From a plasmid, in the sequence record CP132319.1: a stretch of 64,000 bases of DNA. One strand, written 5' to 3'. A program made the position numbers and the translations under genes. Position 1 is the stretch's first letter. Each line of letters opens with the position of its first letter. This document shows positions 19,630 through 28,713 of the stretch, piece after piece. Below the pieces are notes generated by a model. It had not been told where the DNA came from and did not search any database. It saw only the letters and a program-made list of their open reading frames with translations.

Positions 19630-20150
19630 CGTGGCGGCTGTCCATTTGGATACGCCGGCACCGTCCGGCCGGCGCATTCTCGATCTACCAGCGCTTGATG
19701 CACTGGATGGTCCTTATCCTGTGTATCATCCAGGTCCCCACGGCCTGGGCGATCCAACGCACGCACATGGCGCACCTTTTCTTGAAACCTAAACCCTTCG
19801 ACCTTTTCCTGCATCAGGTTCACGCCTGGAGCGGATGGCTGATTATGGCGCTGGCGCTCAGTCAACTTATTCTGCGCTTCACATATGGCCGACCACCTCC
19901 GATCCAGGGCATGTCGGTGCTTGAGCGCATGATCGCAGGGGTCACTCATGCGGTGCTCTACGGCCTATTGCTCGCACTGCCGATCACAGGCACGATCGCT
20001 ATGTACGTGACGTTCCGCATCGCTTCCCTGCACAGCCTGCTGAGCTGGATGCTTCTGGTCGTTGCGACCACTCACGCCCTCGCTGCTCTGTGGCATCACT
20101 TCTGGCGTCGCGACGACGTGCTGCGGCGAATGATCAGGAACACGAAATAG
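19626..20150 (+). CDS. cytochrome b561 / Ni-Fe hydrogenase b-type cytochrome family membrane protein
   Basis: Four TM helices with conserved His. Translationally coupled to the upstream gene. Confidence 0.65.
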   Translation: MTWRLSIWIRRHRPAGAFSIYQRLMHWMVLILCIIQVPTAWAIQRTHMAHLFLKPKPFDLFLHQVHAWSGWLIMALALSQLILRFTYGRPPPIQGMSVLERMIAGVTHAVLYGLLLALPITGTIAMYVTFRIASLHSLLSWMLLVVATTHALAALWHHFWRRDDVLRRMIRNTK

Positions 20151-20390
20151 CGCGCCGGACAGTCAGCCCACGGGTAAATTCTATCTAGTCGAGCGCGCTT
20201 CTCCGCGCGAGCAGCACACTCATTTGCGGAGATTGGCGCGCAGGTCGTTTCGGTGAGCGGCCTCGCAAGCATTGATCCCTACGTGTTTGATGCAGCGCAA
20301 AGTGATCATTCTGGATCTGCGCTAGATTTGCCCCCAGTTTCTACATTCAAGCAAACCGAAGGATGAGCCGTGGTGGCCGCCGGCGTGACA

Positions 20391-20801
20391 ATGGTCAAGG
20401 CGTTCAGAAGGTCGCATAATTGGGCGACCGCCTTGCGGCGCGGGTTTATCCTTTTCTTCGCCATCGCGTTCGGGCTTACGGCGTTTCTCACAGATGGCGG
20501 GCATCAAGCGCGTGCTGCTTCAAGGGAGGGCATCCCGGCGCTCATGACTCAAGCTGGGGATTGTGCCGACCTCCTCGTGCGCATGCCCTGCGACAACGAT
20601 ACCCAACGCGGCGCCGAGCACCCGTGCGACAGCGGTCACTGCCTGTCGAGCCTCGGGTGCTTCCTCTGCGCTCCGCTGAACACGGCCTGGAGCTGGCGCA
20701 CGTTGAACGCCGAGACAGTCTCGCCGGCTGCATCGCCCGTGCCCTCATCCGCGGAGTTGCGTCGTCAGAAGCGACCTCCGCGATCCATCTTGGTCATCTG
20801 A
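20391..20801 (+). CDS. hypothetical secreted Cys/His-rich protein (C-x4-C-x5-C-x2-C)
   Basis: RRGFILFFAIAFGLTAF signal and an HPCDSGHCLSSLGCFLC motif. Paralogous pattern to 22382-22732. Confidence 0.35.
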   Translation: MVKAFRRSHNWATALRRGFILFFAIAFGLTAFLTDGGHQARAASREGIPALMTQAGDCADLLVRMPCDNDTQRGAEHPCDSGHCLSSLGCFLCAPLNTAWSWRTLNAETVSPAASPVPSSAELRRQKRPPRSILVI

Positions 20802-21120
20802 GCACCTTCGGCCTGTTCTGTCCGTGTGCTCCAGCCGACCCGAGGACTGGCACAATGCCTTAGTCTTCCGACCGTGCGCGTCCCAGGCCGCCCAACGATA
20901 CGGCCGAGGAGACGAGCCGTTCTGCGTGACGCCGACGTGACATAGCCTCCAATCGTCGGCTGCCGGCGAGCCAGAAAGGGCCATGCACGGACCTTGCCGA
21001 AATCGGTAGGCAGCGGCACGCGAGGAAGTCTTCGGTATCCGCACGCCGGGCCACTTTTCAAACTCACCTCAAGATGTGCTCGAGCAGCCCGCAAGGCTGC
21101 GAGCCGAGGAGCTGAATACC

Positions 21121-22260
21121 ATGTTAAAGACCCACTCGACCCGTTCGATTTCCATCACCGCGGCAGTCCTGACAGCAACCGCGATTCGCAGACGTGCGGC
21201 CATGCTGGCCTTCGCGACGGCATCGGCCCTGGTGCTTGCTATTCCGTTCGCCGCCACCGTCCGAGCGGAGCCTGCTGCAACCGGCTTCGTCTATACGGCC
21301 GATGAATTTGGCAACACCGTTAGCCGCATCGACCTTGCCACGGAAAAGATCGACATCGTTCCGGTCCCGATCACGCCCCACAACGTGCAGTTCGTATCGG
21401 GAAAAGATTTGGTGCTGGCGGTGGGCCTGCCGGTCGCCGGCAAAGCTGAAGACGCTCATGCGTCCAATGGGGCTGGCCATGGCGGCGACGGACATGGTGA
21501 TGCCGCTGTCGCAGGCCAATTGATCGTCCTCGACGCGGCCGATATTTCCTCCGGCGTGAAGGCGTCGATCCCCGTGGGTGGGCATCCTGCGCATGTGATC
21601 GCAGACGCGCAAGGCAATCGCGCCTACGTCTCGAATTCCGAAGACGACAGCTTGTCGGTCGTTGATCTTGCCAAGGGCGAGGTCGTCGCCACGGTCGGCA
21701 CCGGCGACTACCCCCACGGCCTGCGGATGAGCCCGGATGGAAGCGCCATCTATGTCGCGAATGTCCAGGACGGTACTGTTTCGGTTATCGACACAACGGC
21801 GCTTTCGGAAGTTGCCAGGATCAAGGTAGGCGTTGCGCCCGTCCAGGTCGGCTTCACACCTGACGGAAAGCGGGTCTATGTCTCGCTGCGCGATGAAAAC
21901 AAGGTCGCCGTTATCGACACGCAGTCGCGCGAGGTGATCGCACGCATCAATGTCGGCCGTTCGCCCATCCAGGTTTACGCCACGCCTGATGGCCGGCTGG
22001 TTTACGTCGCGAACCAGGGAACCGAAACGGAGCCGGATGAGACGGTCTCGGTTATCGATGTCGTAGGCGGGAATGTCGTGAAGACCATCCAGACGGACAA
22101 GGGCGCTCACGGCGTGACGGTCGTTGCCGACGGAGCCTTTGTCTTCGTCACCAACATCGTGGCCGGGACCGTTTCCCAGATCGACGTCGGCAGCCAGTCC
22201 GTGGTCAAGACATATGCTGTCGGCAAGGGACCGAACGGCGTCACCTATCAGGCGCAGTGA
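21121..22260 (+). CDS. YVTN-family beta-propeller repeat protein (periplasmic)
   Basis: Signal peptide, then repeated ~40-aa units (AYVSNSEDDSLSVVD, IYVANVQDGTVSVID, VYVSLRDENKVAVID...). Confidence 0.75.
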   Translation: MLKTHSTRSISITAAVLTATAIRRRAAMLAFATASALVLAIPFAATVRAEPAATGFVYTADEFGNTVSRIDLATEKIDIVPVPITPHNVQFVSGKDLVLAVGLPVAGKAEDAHASNGAGHGGDGHGDAAVAGQLIVLDAADISSGVKASIPVGGHPAHVIADAQGNRAYVSNSEDDSLSVVDLAKGEVVATVGTGDYPHGLRMSPDGSAIYVANVQDGTVSVIDTTALSEVARIKVGVAPVQVGFTPDGKRVYVSLRDENKVAVIDTQSREVIARINVGRSPIQVYATPDGRLVYVANQGTETEPDETVSVIDVVGGNVVKTIQTDKGAHGVTVVADGAFVFVTNIVAGTVSQIDVGSQSVVKTYAVGKGPNGVTYQAQ

Positions 22261-22381
22261 TGCAACGTCGGGGCGGCGCTTCGCCGCCCCGCACGACCTA
22301 AGCCTCAAACCTATGAGCAGGACGGCCGGCATGCAGGCTTCATCAATGGACAAAGGGTCGGCGAGGCTCTATTCTTTGCCC

Positions 22382-22732
22382 ATGCTTCGCGCGTTGCTTA
22401 TCATTGTTACAACCATCTCGCTTGCCGCTGCTTCTTTTGCCGTTCAAGCACACGAGACCCGCATGTCCGGGATGTTGGAACGCGCCGCGCTGACGCAGCA
22501 CATGGAGCAAGCCTCTTCTTCGATGGCCGCTTGCAGCGAAGGGAAATCCTGCAAAGCAGATGCCGGATTGTGCACCTTCGCCTGCGCCGGAATATCGGCC
22601 TGGCTTCCGGTTGTGCGTACTTCGGCAAAGCAAATCAGCTCGCGGCAAAAATATCCCTTCCCGCCGGATGCCGTCTTCGTTGCGGCAGCTCCCGGCCGGA
22701 ATGATCGCCCTCCTATATCGCGCCTCCTCTGA
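22382..22732 (+). CDS. hypothetical secreted Cys-rich protein (C-x5-C-x6-C-x3-C)
   Basis: Signal peptide MLRALLIIVTTISLAAASFA and a CSEGKSCKADAGLCTFAC motif. Confidence 0.35.
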   Translation: MLRALLIIVTTISLAAASFAVQAHETRMSGMLERAALTQHMEQASSSMAACSEGKSCKADAGLCTFACAGISAWLPVVRTSAKQISSRQKYPFPPDAVFVAAAPGRNDRPPISRLL

Positions 22733-22807
22733 GCCTGCGGCGGGGCTGATCCCGCTGCGATCCATTTGGACCTTTCAGGCGGGACAGATCGTCCCGAGGT
22801 GACGAAT

Positions 22808-24292
22808 ATGACGACCTTTTCACGACGCGGCTTCCTCGCCGCCAGCGCAGCCATGCTTGCTGCATCCCATTTCCCCATCAGGGCCTACGGCCAGGACGCG
22901 GCTGCGATCCGCCTGGCCGCCACCAGCCGCACGCTCGATATAGACAATCGACCGGCCACCGTTTTCGGACTTGCTGGTCCCAACGGGCAGGGGCTGCTCC
23001 TCGATCCGGGCGAGCGATTTCGGGTGGATCTGACCAACGATCTCGCCGAGTCCACGATCATTCATTGGCACGGCCAGATTCCCCCGAACGCTCAGGACGG
23101 CGTCCCGGATATGCCGCAGCCGCTTCTTCAGCCCAGTGAAACGCGCAGCTTCGATTTCGCGCCCCAGCCCGGAACGCACTGGATGCACAGCCATGTGCCG
23201 ATCCAGGAAATGCGATTGCTCGCCGCGCCGCTGATCGTCCGGAGGGCAGAAGACCTATCCGCCGATCGGCAGGAAGTCGTCCTGTTCCTGCACGACTTCG
23301 CGTTCAAGACACCGGAAGAAGTGCTGGAAGAGATCACCAGCGCAAGCGCTGATGGACATGGCGCTGCCGGCATGTCACGCGCGATGCAAGGCATGAACCA
23401 TGGCGGCATGCCTGGAATGAACCAGGGCGAGGCCGGGGGAATGGGCTCGATGGCCATGGATATGGGTAACATGGCGATGGATCTCAACGACTACGACTGG
23501 GATGCCTATCTCGCCAATGACCGAACCCTGTCCGATCCCGATGTCGTTCAGGTCGAACGCGGCGGCCGGGTTCGCCTCCGTGTCATCAACGCAGCCGCAG
23601 CCACCGTTTTCTGGATCGACACGGGCGAAGCACAAGCCCGGCTCGTCGCCGTCGACGGGCATGAGGTCCAGCCGGTCGCGGGTTCGCGGTTCGGGCTGGC
23701 CATGGGGCAGCGTCTCGACCTGGAGATCGACCTTCCAAATGAGACCCGCGCATGGCCGATTCTGGCGCTCAGGGAGGGCGAACGTGAAAGGACCGGCATT
23801 ATTCTCGCCCCCGCGGGCGCCACGATCGACAGGATCGATTCCCTTTCAGCGAATGACGCCCCGGCCTTCGACACGGACTTGTCTCAGGAGTCACGGCTGG
23901 TCGCTGTCGACACGCTTGCCGCCCGTCCGGTGGATCGAAGCCACATGATCATGCTCGGCGGCTCGATGCAGCCCTATGTCTGGACTATCGACGGAGCACC
24001 ATGGGGCAAGCATCGGCCGGTTGCCGCAACGAGCGGCGATCGGGTGGAACTGATGTTCCACAATATGTCGATGATGGGGCACCCGATGCATCTGCATGGG
24101 CATGCATTCCAGGTTGTTGGCATCAACAGGCGACGCTTCGAAGGTGCGCGCCGCGATACCGTGTACATACCGCCGATGTCGATGGTCACTGTTGCCCTTG
24201 ATGCCGGCGAGGCCGCGAGCTGGATGTTGCATTGCCATCATATGCCGCATCTGGCCACCGGGATGATGACCGAGTTCAGGATCGCTGCATGA
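22808..24292 (+). CDS. copA: multicopper oxidase CopA/PcoA-like (Tat-exported)
   Basis: Tat signal SRRGFLAAS, copper ligand motifs HWHG, HSH, HLHGH and HCHHMPH, and a Met-rich loop (MQGMNHGGMPGMNQGEAGGMGSMAMDMGNMAM). Confidence 0.9.
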   Translation: MTTFSRRGFLAASAAMLAASHFPIRAYGQDAAAIRLAATSRTLDIDNRPATVFGLAGPNGQGLLLDPGERFRVDLTNDLAESTIIHWHGQIPPNAQDGVPDMPQPLLQPSETRSFDFAPQPGTHWMHSHVPIQEMRLLAAPLIVRRAEDLSADRQEVVLFLHDFAFKTPEEVLEEITSASADGHGAAGMSRAMQGMNHGGMPGMNQGEAGGMGSMAMDMGNMAMDLNDYDWDAYLANDRTLSDPDVVQVERGGRVRLRVINAAAATVFWIDTGEAQARLVAVDGHEVQPVAGSRFGLAMGQRLDLEIDLPNETRAWPILALREGERERTGIILAPAGATIDRIDSLSANDAPAFDTDLSQESRLVAVDTLAARPVDRSHMIMLGGSMQPYVWTIDGAPWGKHRPVAATSGDRVELMFHNMSMMGHPMHLHGHAFQVVGINRRRFEGARRDTVYIPPMSMVTVALDAGEAASWMLHCHHMPHLATGMMTEFRIAA

Positions 24293-24723
24293 AACCGCTC
24301 TGGATCGCGGTCGCCGCAACTCTCCTGGCGGCGGCCGGTGCGATCTTGGTCGGAAAGGGACGGTCCGGTCAGGAGGCGAGCGATCGCATCGCCCTTGGCC
24401 GGGCAGTCTATCTAGCGAACTGTGCGAGCTGTCACGGCACGAAACTCGAAGGCCAGCCCGACTGGCGCAGCCCGGGCACGAGCGGCCGCCTTCCGGCGCC
24501 GCCGCATGACAAGACCGGTCACACCTGGCATCATTCGGACAGGCAGCTCCTCGCAATCATCACCGATGGGACCGCCGCGGTGGTTGGCGGTGGCTACGAG
24601 AGTGACATGCCCAGCTTTCGGGAGGCTCTGACCTCCGCCGAGATCGAGGCTGTCCTCGACTACATCAAGAGTACCTGGCCGCAACGAGAGGCAGACTACC
24701 AACGCCGCATCTCGAACGGCTGA
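24289..24723 (+). CDS. c-type cytochrome (single CxxCH)
   Basis: Signal/TM then CASCHG. ATGA overlap with the copA stop. Confidence 0.75.
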   Translation: MKPLWIAVAATLLAAAGAILVGKGRSGQEASDRIALGRAVYLANCASCHGTKLEGQPDWRSPGTSGRLPAPPHDKTGHTWHHSDRQLLAIITDGTAAVVGGGYESDMPSFREALTSAEIEAVLDYIKSTWPQREADYQRRISNG

Positions 24724-24864
24724 CACGCCGGAGGCCACGAAAACAATTTCGTGGCCCCACATCGCCATCGCGCGCCGCCCCACCACCACATTCATGCCGA
24801 CGGGTTCGGCAGTTGATGGCGGCAGAGAGGGTGTTCGGCGGCCTAAAGACATAAGGATTCACAA

Positions 24865-25296
24865 ATGAACAAGAGAAACGTCTTCGCTCTGCTCGTCGCC
24901 GCGGCAGCGGTTGCGGGCTTTGCGCTTTGGAATCGAACCGGATCGGAAGACGAAGCCAGAAGAGGAGTATCGGGCCAGGGGACGGCATTGTCGGTTGTCG
25001 TGCCTTCGTCATTGTCCGACACCGCAAAGATGGGAGAACGAGCTTTCAACGCCGTCTGTGCAGCGTGCCACGGCAAGAACGCGGCCGGAACCGATGCCGG
25101 CCCGCCGCTCATCCATCGGATATACGAACCTTCTCACCACGGAGACTACGCCTTTGAAATGGCCGTCGCCAACGGCGTGCGCGCGCATCACTGGAAATTC
25201 GGAAACATGCCTCCTCAGCCGGGTCTGACGAGGGCCGACGTCGCTACGATCGTGGCCTATGTGCGCGAGCTTCAGCGGGCGAACGGCATCAATTGA
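24865..25296 (+). CDS. c-type cytochrome (single CxxCH)
   Basis: Signal peptide, CAACHG and a distal Met. Confidence 0.75.
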   Translation: MNKRNVFALLVAAAAVAGFALWNRTGSEDEARRGVSGQGTALSVVVPSSLSDTAKMGERAFNAVCAACHGKNAAGTDAGPPLIHRIYEPSHHGDYAFEMAVANGVRAHHWKFGNMPPQPGLTRADVATIVAYVRELQRANGIN

Positions 25297-25421
25297 GGAG
25301 CATTGGCGGCGAGATACCCTGCCAGACCTGTCGAGGCGGGTTTGAGGAAATCGGGCGGCTGCGAGTGGAGTTGTGGTGTGATAGGATGAGGCGGCCAAGT
25401 CGCCTATGGGAGGGGTGTGCA

Positions 25422-25790
25422 ATGCGAACTGGCATAACATGCGCATTTGTCGTTCTGGCTTTGCTGGTGTCGGCGTCAAATGCCCAAGAGGATCAGCCGT
25501 TTCATACGTCTTATTTCGCGGATGAAACGACCATCAGCCTGTCCGTGACCGTCGCGGCAACCTCTCTTGACCCGGAATATAATTTCGATGTGCAAGTCGC
25601 GCTCACGGAGCGCGGACCCGAGGGTCAGATCAGATTCATCGACCACAGCGCCCACCTTGCAAAGGTACGATGCGCCGCGCCGAAGGCCGTCATGATCGGC
25701 CAATCAGAGTTTATGCTGTCGGATTCGCCCGAGCCGGGGGATTGGAAGCAGGATCTCTGGCGCACCTTCTGCCTCCTGCCGGTCTCATGA
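25422..25790 (+). CDS. hypothetical exported protein
   Basis: Signal peptide MRTGITCAFVVLALLVSASNAQ. No motif recognised. Confidence 0.4.
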   Translation: MRTGITCAFVVLALLVSASNAQEDQPFHTSYFADETTISLSVTVAATSLDPEYNFDVQVALTERGPEGQIRFIDHSAHLAKVRCAAPKAVMIGQSEFMLSDSPEPGDWKQDLWRTFCLLPVS

Positions 25791-25828
25791 GGAACGGGGC
25801 CGCGCTGCATCCAGCGCGGCCCTGTGCT

Positions 25829-26113
25829 TCACTTGACCTGGGTGACAGTCAGCTTTCCGTTGACGCGCTCGGCAACGAACTGGACCTTTGCGCCGACCTT
25901 GAGCTTTTCCAGCATCGCGTCATCAGCGACCTGGAATACCATCGTCATGGCCGGCATCTCGAGGTTCTTCAGCTCTTCATGGATGAGCGTGACCTTCTTC
26001 GCCTTCTCGTCCAGCTTCTTGACCGTGCCGCTGGTGAATTCCTGCGCGAAGGCGGCGGTGCCGAAGGCGAAGGCGACGGCGCCGGCGAGTGTGATTCTTG
26101 TGATAGCTTTCAT
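25829..26113 (-). CDS. cusF: CusF-like periplasmic Cu(I)-binding protein
   Basis: Signal peptide. HEELKNLEMPAMTMVFQV contains the H...M-x-M site of CusF. Confidence 0.75.
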   Translation of the reverse strand: MKAITRITLAGAVAFAFGTAAFAQEFTSGTVKKLDEKAKKVTLIHEELKNLEMPAMTMVFQVADDAMLEKLKVGAKVQFVAERVNGKLTVTQVK

Positions 26114-26131
26114 CGTCATTTCTGTTGCTCC

Positions 26132-26608
26132 TTATTTCTTCGCGACCGTGACGTCGCCGTGCATGCCGGAATCGTAGTGACCGGGAACGAGGCAGGCGAT
26201 CTTGAACACGCCGTCGTTGGTGAACTTCCAGACGATCTCGCCGGATTTTCCGGGCGCGAGGCGAATGGCGTTCGGATCCTCGTGTTCCATTTCCGGGAAT
26301 TTCTCCATCACGGCTTTGTGCTCCATGATCTTGTCTTCCTGGTCGAGCACGAATTCATGATCGACCTCGCCCGCATTCTTGATCGCGAAGCGAACGGTCT
26401 GGCCCTGGCGGACCTTGAAGGTGCTTGGTGTGAAGATCATCTTGCCGTCATCCGTTTCCTTCATCGTGACACGGATGGTCTGGGACGCCTTGGCCTTTTC
26501 ACCGGGTTCGCCAACGGCCATTTCGCCATGACCGCCCTCATGCGAACCGGATGCAAAAGCAGCGGTGGCAAACGTTGAGAGTAGCAGACCAACTAGAATG
26601 CGTTTCAT
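26132..26608 (-). CDS. cupredoxin (plastocyanin/azurin-like blue copper protein, CopI-like)
   Basis: Signal peptide. The type-1 copper ligands sit in H...C...PGHY...GMHG. Confidence 0.75.
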   Translation of the reverse strand: MKRILVGLLLSTFATAAFASGSHEGGHGEMAVGEPGEKAKASQTIRVTMKETDDGKMIFTPSTFKVRQGQTVRFAIKNAGEVDHEFVLDQEDKIMEHKAVMEKFPEMEHEDPNAIRLAPGKSGEIVWKFTNDGVFKIACLVPGHYDSGMHGDVTVAKK

Positions 26609-26639
26609 AATCGTTTCCTTTATCGTTTCTGGGAGGAAG

Positions 26640-27962
26640 TTAACCGTGATTGGAATGGCCAGACGGAAGTTGTGTCTTGGCATCTTTCGCTTTGACAGGC
26701 TCGGGCAAGCTCCCGGTCCATTCCCACGCCTGCGTGCCGGGAGGGTTCTCGTACCAACCCGGATCGCTGTAGTCGTCCGCTGAGATACCCTCGCGGACCT
26801 TCACCACGGAGAACATGCCGCCCATTTCGATCGGGCCGTGGGGACCCCACCCGGTCATCATGGGGACGGTGTTCTCCGGTATTTCCATCGACATTTCGCC
26901 CATATCCGCCATGCCGGCCGTCCCCATGGGCATGTATTCGGGACGGATCTGCCTGATCTTTTTTGCAACCTCCTTCTTGTCGACCCCGATGAATGTCGGG
27001 ATCTCGTGACCCATGGCATTCATGGTGTGATGCGACTTGTGGCAATGGATCGCCCAGTCGCCGACGTACTTCGCGTCGAACTCGTAGGCGCGCATCGCAC
27101 CGACAGGGATGTCGATGCTGACCTCGGGCCAGCGCGCCTCCGGCCTGACCCAGCCGCCATCGGTGCAGGTCACCTCGAAATCGTAGCCGTGCATGTGGAT
27201 TGGATGGTTCGTCATCGTCAGGTTACCGACGCGAACACGAACCCTGTCGTTCTTGGAAACGACGAGCGGATCGATCCCTGGAAAGACGCGCGTGTTGAAC
27301 GTCCAGAGGTTGAAGTCGGTCATTTCCATGATCCGGGGCACGTATGTTCCCGGATCGATGTCATAGGCGCTGAGCAGGAAGACGAAATCCCGATCCACCG
27401 GCATGAACTTCGGGTCCCGGGGATGGATGACGAAGAAGCCCATCATCCCCATCGCCATCTGTACCATCTCGTCCGAGTGCGGGTGGTACATGAAGGTGCC
27501 GGATTTCACGAGATCGAACTCGTAAACGAAGGTCTTGCCAGAGGGGATGTGAGGCTGCGACAGCCCGCCAAGACCATCCATCCCCGACGGCAGGATCATA
27601 CCGTGCCAATGAATGGTCGTGTGCTCCGGCAGCTTGTTGGTCACGAAAATGCGAACCCGGTCGCCTTCGACTGCTTCGATGGTCGGACCCGGTGACTGGC
27701 CGTTGTACCCCCAAAGATATGCGGTCATGCCTTCGGCCATCTCCCGCTCCACCGGCTCGGCAACGAGGTGGAATTCCTTCACCCCGTTGTTCATTCGGAA
27801 CGGCAAGGTCCAACCGTTGAGGGTGACGACCGGATTGTAATCTGGGCCGACCGTCGGCTTTACCGGGGTTTGCGTGGCCGCCGAGTCCATGAGAGCGGCT
27901 TCCGGCAAGCCCATGTTGGACGTTTGCGCCCAGGTCTTACGATAACGCTGCAATGGTGGCAA
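26640..27962 (-). CDS. second multicopper oxidase, no recognisable signal peptide (possibly 5'-truncated)
   Basis: HWHG, HPHSD, HMHG and HCHKSHH copper sites and a Met-rich C-terminal tail. The frame is closed by a stop immediately upstream of the first TTG. Confidence 0.8.
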   Translation of the reverse strand: MPPLQRYRKTWAQTSNMGLPEAALMDSAATQTPVKPTVGPDYNPVVTLNGWTLPFRMNNGVKEFHLVAEPVEREMAEGMTAYLWGYNGQSPGPTIEAVEGDRVRIFVTNKLPEHTTIHWHGMILPSGMDGLGGLSQPHIPSGKTFVYEFDLVKSGTFMYHPHSDEMVQMAMGMMGFFVIHPRDPKFMPVDRDFVFLLSAYDIDPGTYVPRIMEMTDFNLWTFNTRVFPGIDPLVVSKNDRVRVRVGNLTMTNHPIHMHGYDFEVTCTDGGWVRPEARWPEVSIDIPVGAMRAYEFDAKYVGDWAIHCHKSHHTMNAMGHEIPTFIGVDKKEVAKKIRQIRPEYMPMGTAGMADMGEMSMEIPENTVPMMTGWGPHGPIEMGGMFSVVKVREGISADDYSDPGWYENPPGTQAWEWTGSLPEPVKAKDAKTQLPSGHSNHG

Positions 27963-27968
27963 CTAAAC

Positions 27969-27988
27969 CACATATGTGCTAATGTGGG
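27969..27988 (+). promoter_or_regulatory. palindromic operator-like site upstream of parD
   Basis: CCACATATGTG is a perfect palindrome, repeated in part as TGTGG, 25 bp upstream of the parD start. Confidence 0.35.
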
Positions 27989-28012
27989 TCCGTCACTTCG
28001 GGAGTATGTGAA

Positions 28013-28264
28013 ATGAGCCGCTTGACGATCGACATAACGGACAAACAACATCAAAGCCTCAAAGCGCTAGCCGCTCTGCAGGGCAAGACAATCAAGCAGT
28101 ACGCACTTGAGCGCCTGTTTCCTGGCGACGTCGAGGGAGAACTGGCCTGGGAAGAGTTAAAGACGTTGATGAATACGCGCATCAGTGAGGGGCTCGCCGG
28201 AAAACTGTCGACCAAAACCGTAGGTGAGATCCTCGACGAGGAGATCGCCGAAGGTCGCGCTTGA
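28013..28264 (+). CDS. parD: ParD/CopG-type ribbon-helix-helix antitoxin
   Basis: 83 aa, MSRLTIDITDKQHQSLKALAALQGKTIKQYALERLF. 4-bp overlap with the toxin gene. Confidence 0.7.
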   Translation: MSRLTIDITDKQHQSLKALAALQGKTIKQYALERLFPGDVEGELAWEELKTLMNTRISEGLAGKLSTKTVGEILDEEIAEGRA

Positions 28265-28563
28265 CGGCTTACATCCTGACCGCAGAGGCAGAATCCGATC
28301 TTCGCTCGGTAATCCGTTACACACGGACACAATGGAGTGCCGCCCAGGTACGTCACTACGTCTCGGCTTTGGAGCGAGGAATGGAGGACATTGCCGCGGG
28401 CAAAGTTCCCTTCAAGGATCTGAGCGCACTCTATCCGGCGCTGCGGATGGCGCGATGCCAGCACCACTACTTCTTCTGTCTGCCTCGAGAACATGCGCCC
28501 GCTCTCATCGTAGCGATTCTTCACGAACGAATGGATCTCATGAGGCGTTGGCTGACCGTCTAA
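28261..28563 (+). CDS. parE: ParE/RelE-family toxin
   Basis: 100 aa with RelE/ParE-like features (LTAEAESDLRSVIRYT...VAILHERMDL). Confidence 0.75.
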   Translation: MTAYILTAEAESDLRSVIRYTRTQWSAAQVRHYVSALERGMEDIAAGKVPFKDLSALYPALRMARCQHHYFFCLPREHAPALIVAILHERMDLMRRWLTV

Positions 28564-28713
28564 ACGAGTGATGTTTTCACGACGGGAGGAACTCCTGCGC
28601 GCGTGCTAGATAAGCCCTTGTCTTCGAGCGATCAAAAAGGTGTCGTCGGTTCGGATCCCTTCAAGAGCAGCGAATCTGACGCTTCGAGTGGCGTGATGAG
28701 ATTTTTTAAGAGA

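Noticed and set aside
21124-22353. 409-aa minus-strand ORF opposite the YVTN propeller gene
   Set aside because: A shadow ORF of the repeat-containing beta-propeller gene, with no motifs.
22124-22381. N-terminal 86 residues of the listed ORF 22124-22732
   Set aside because: This stretch overlaps the 3' end of the propeller gene and is Ser/Pro/Arg-rich. Only the portion from the signal-peptide Met at 22382 looks protein-like.
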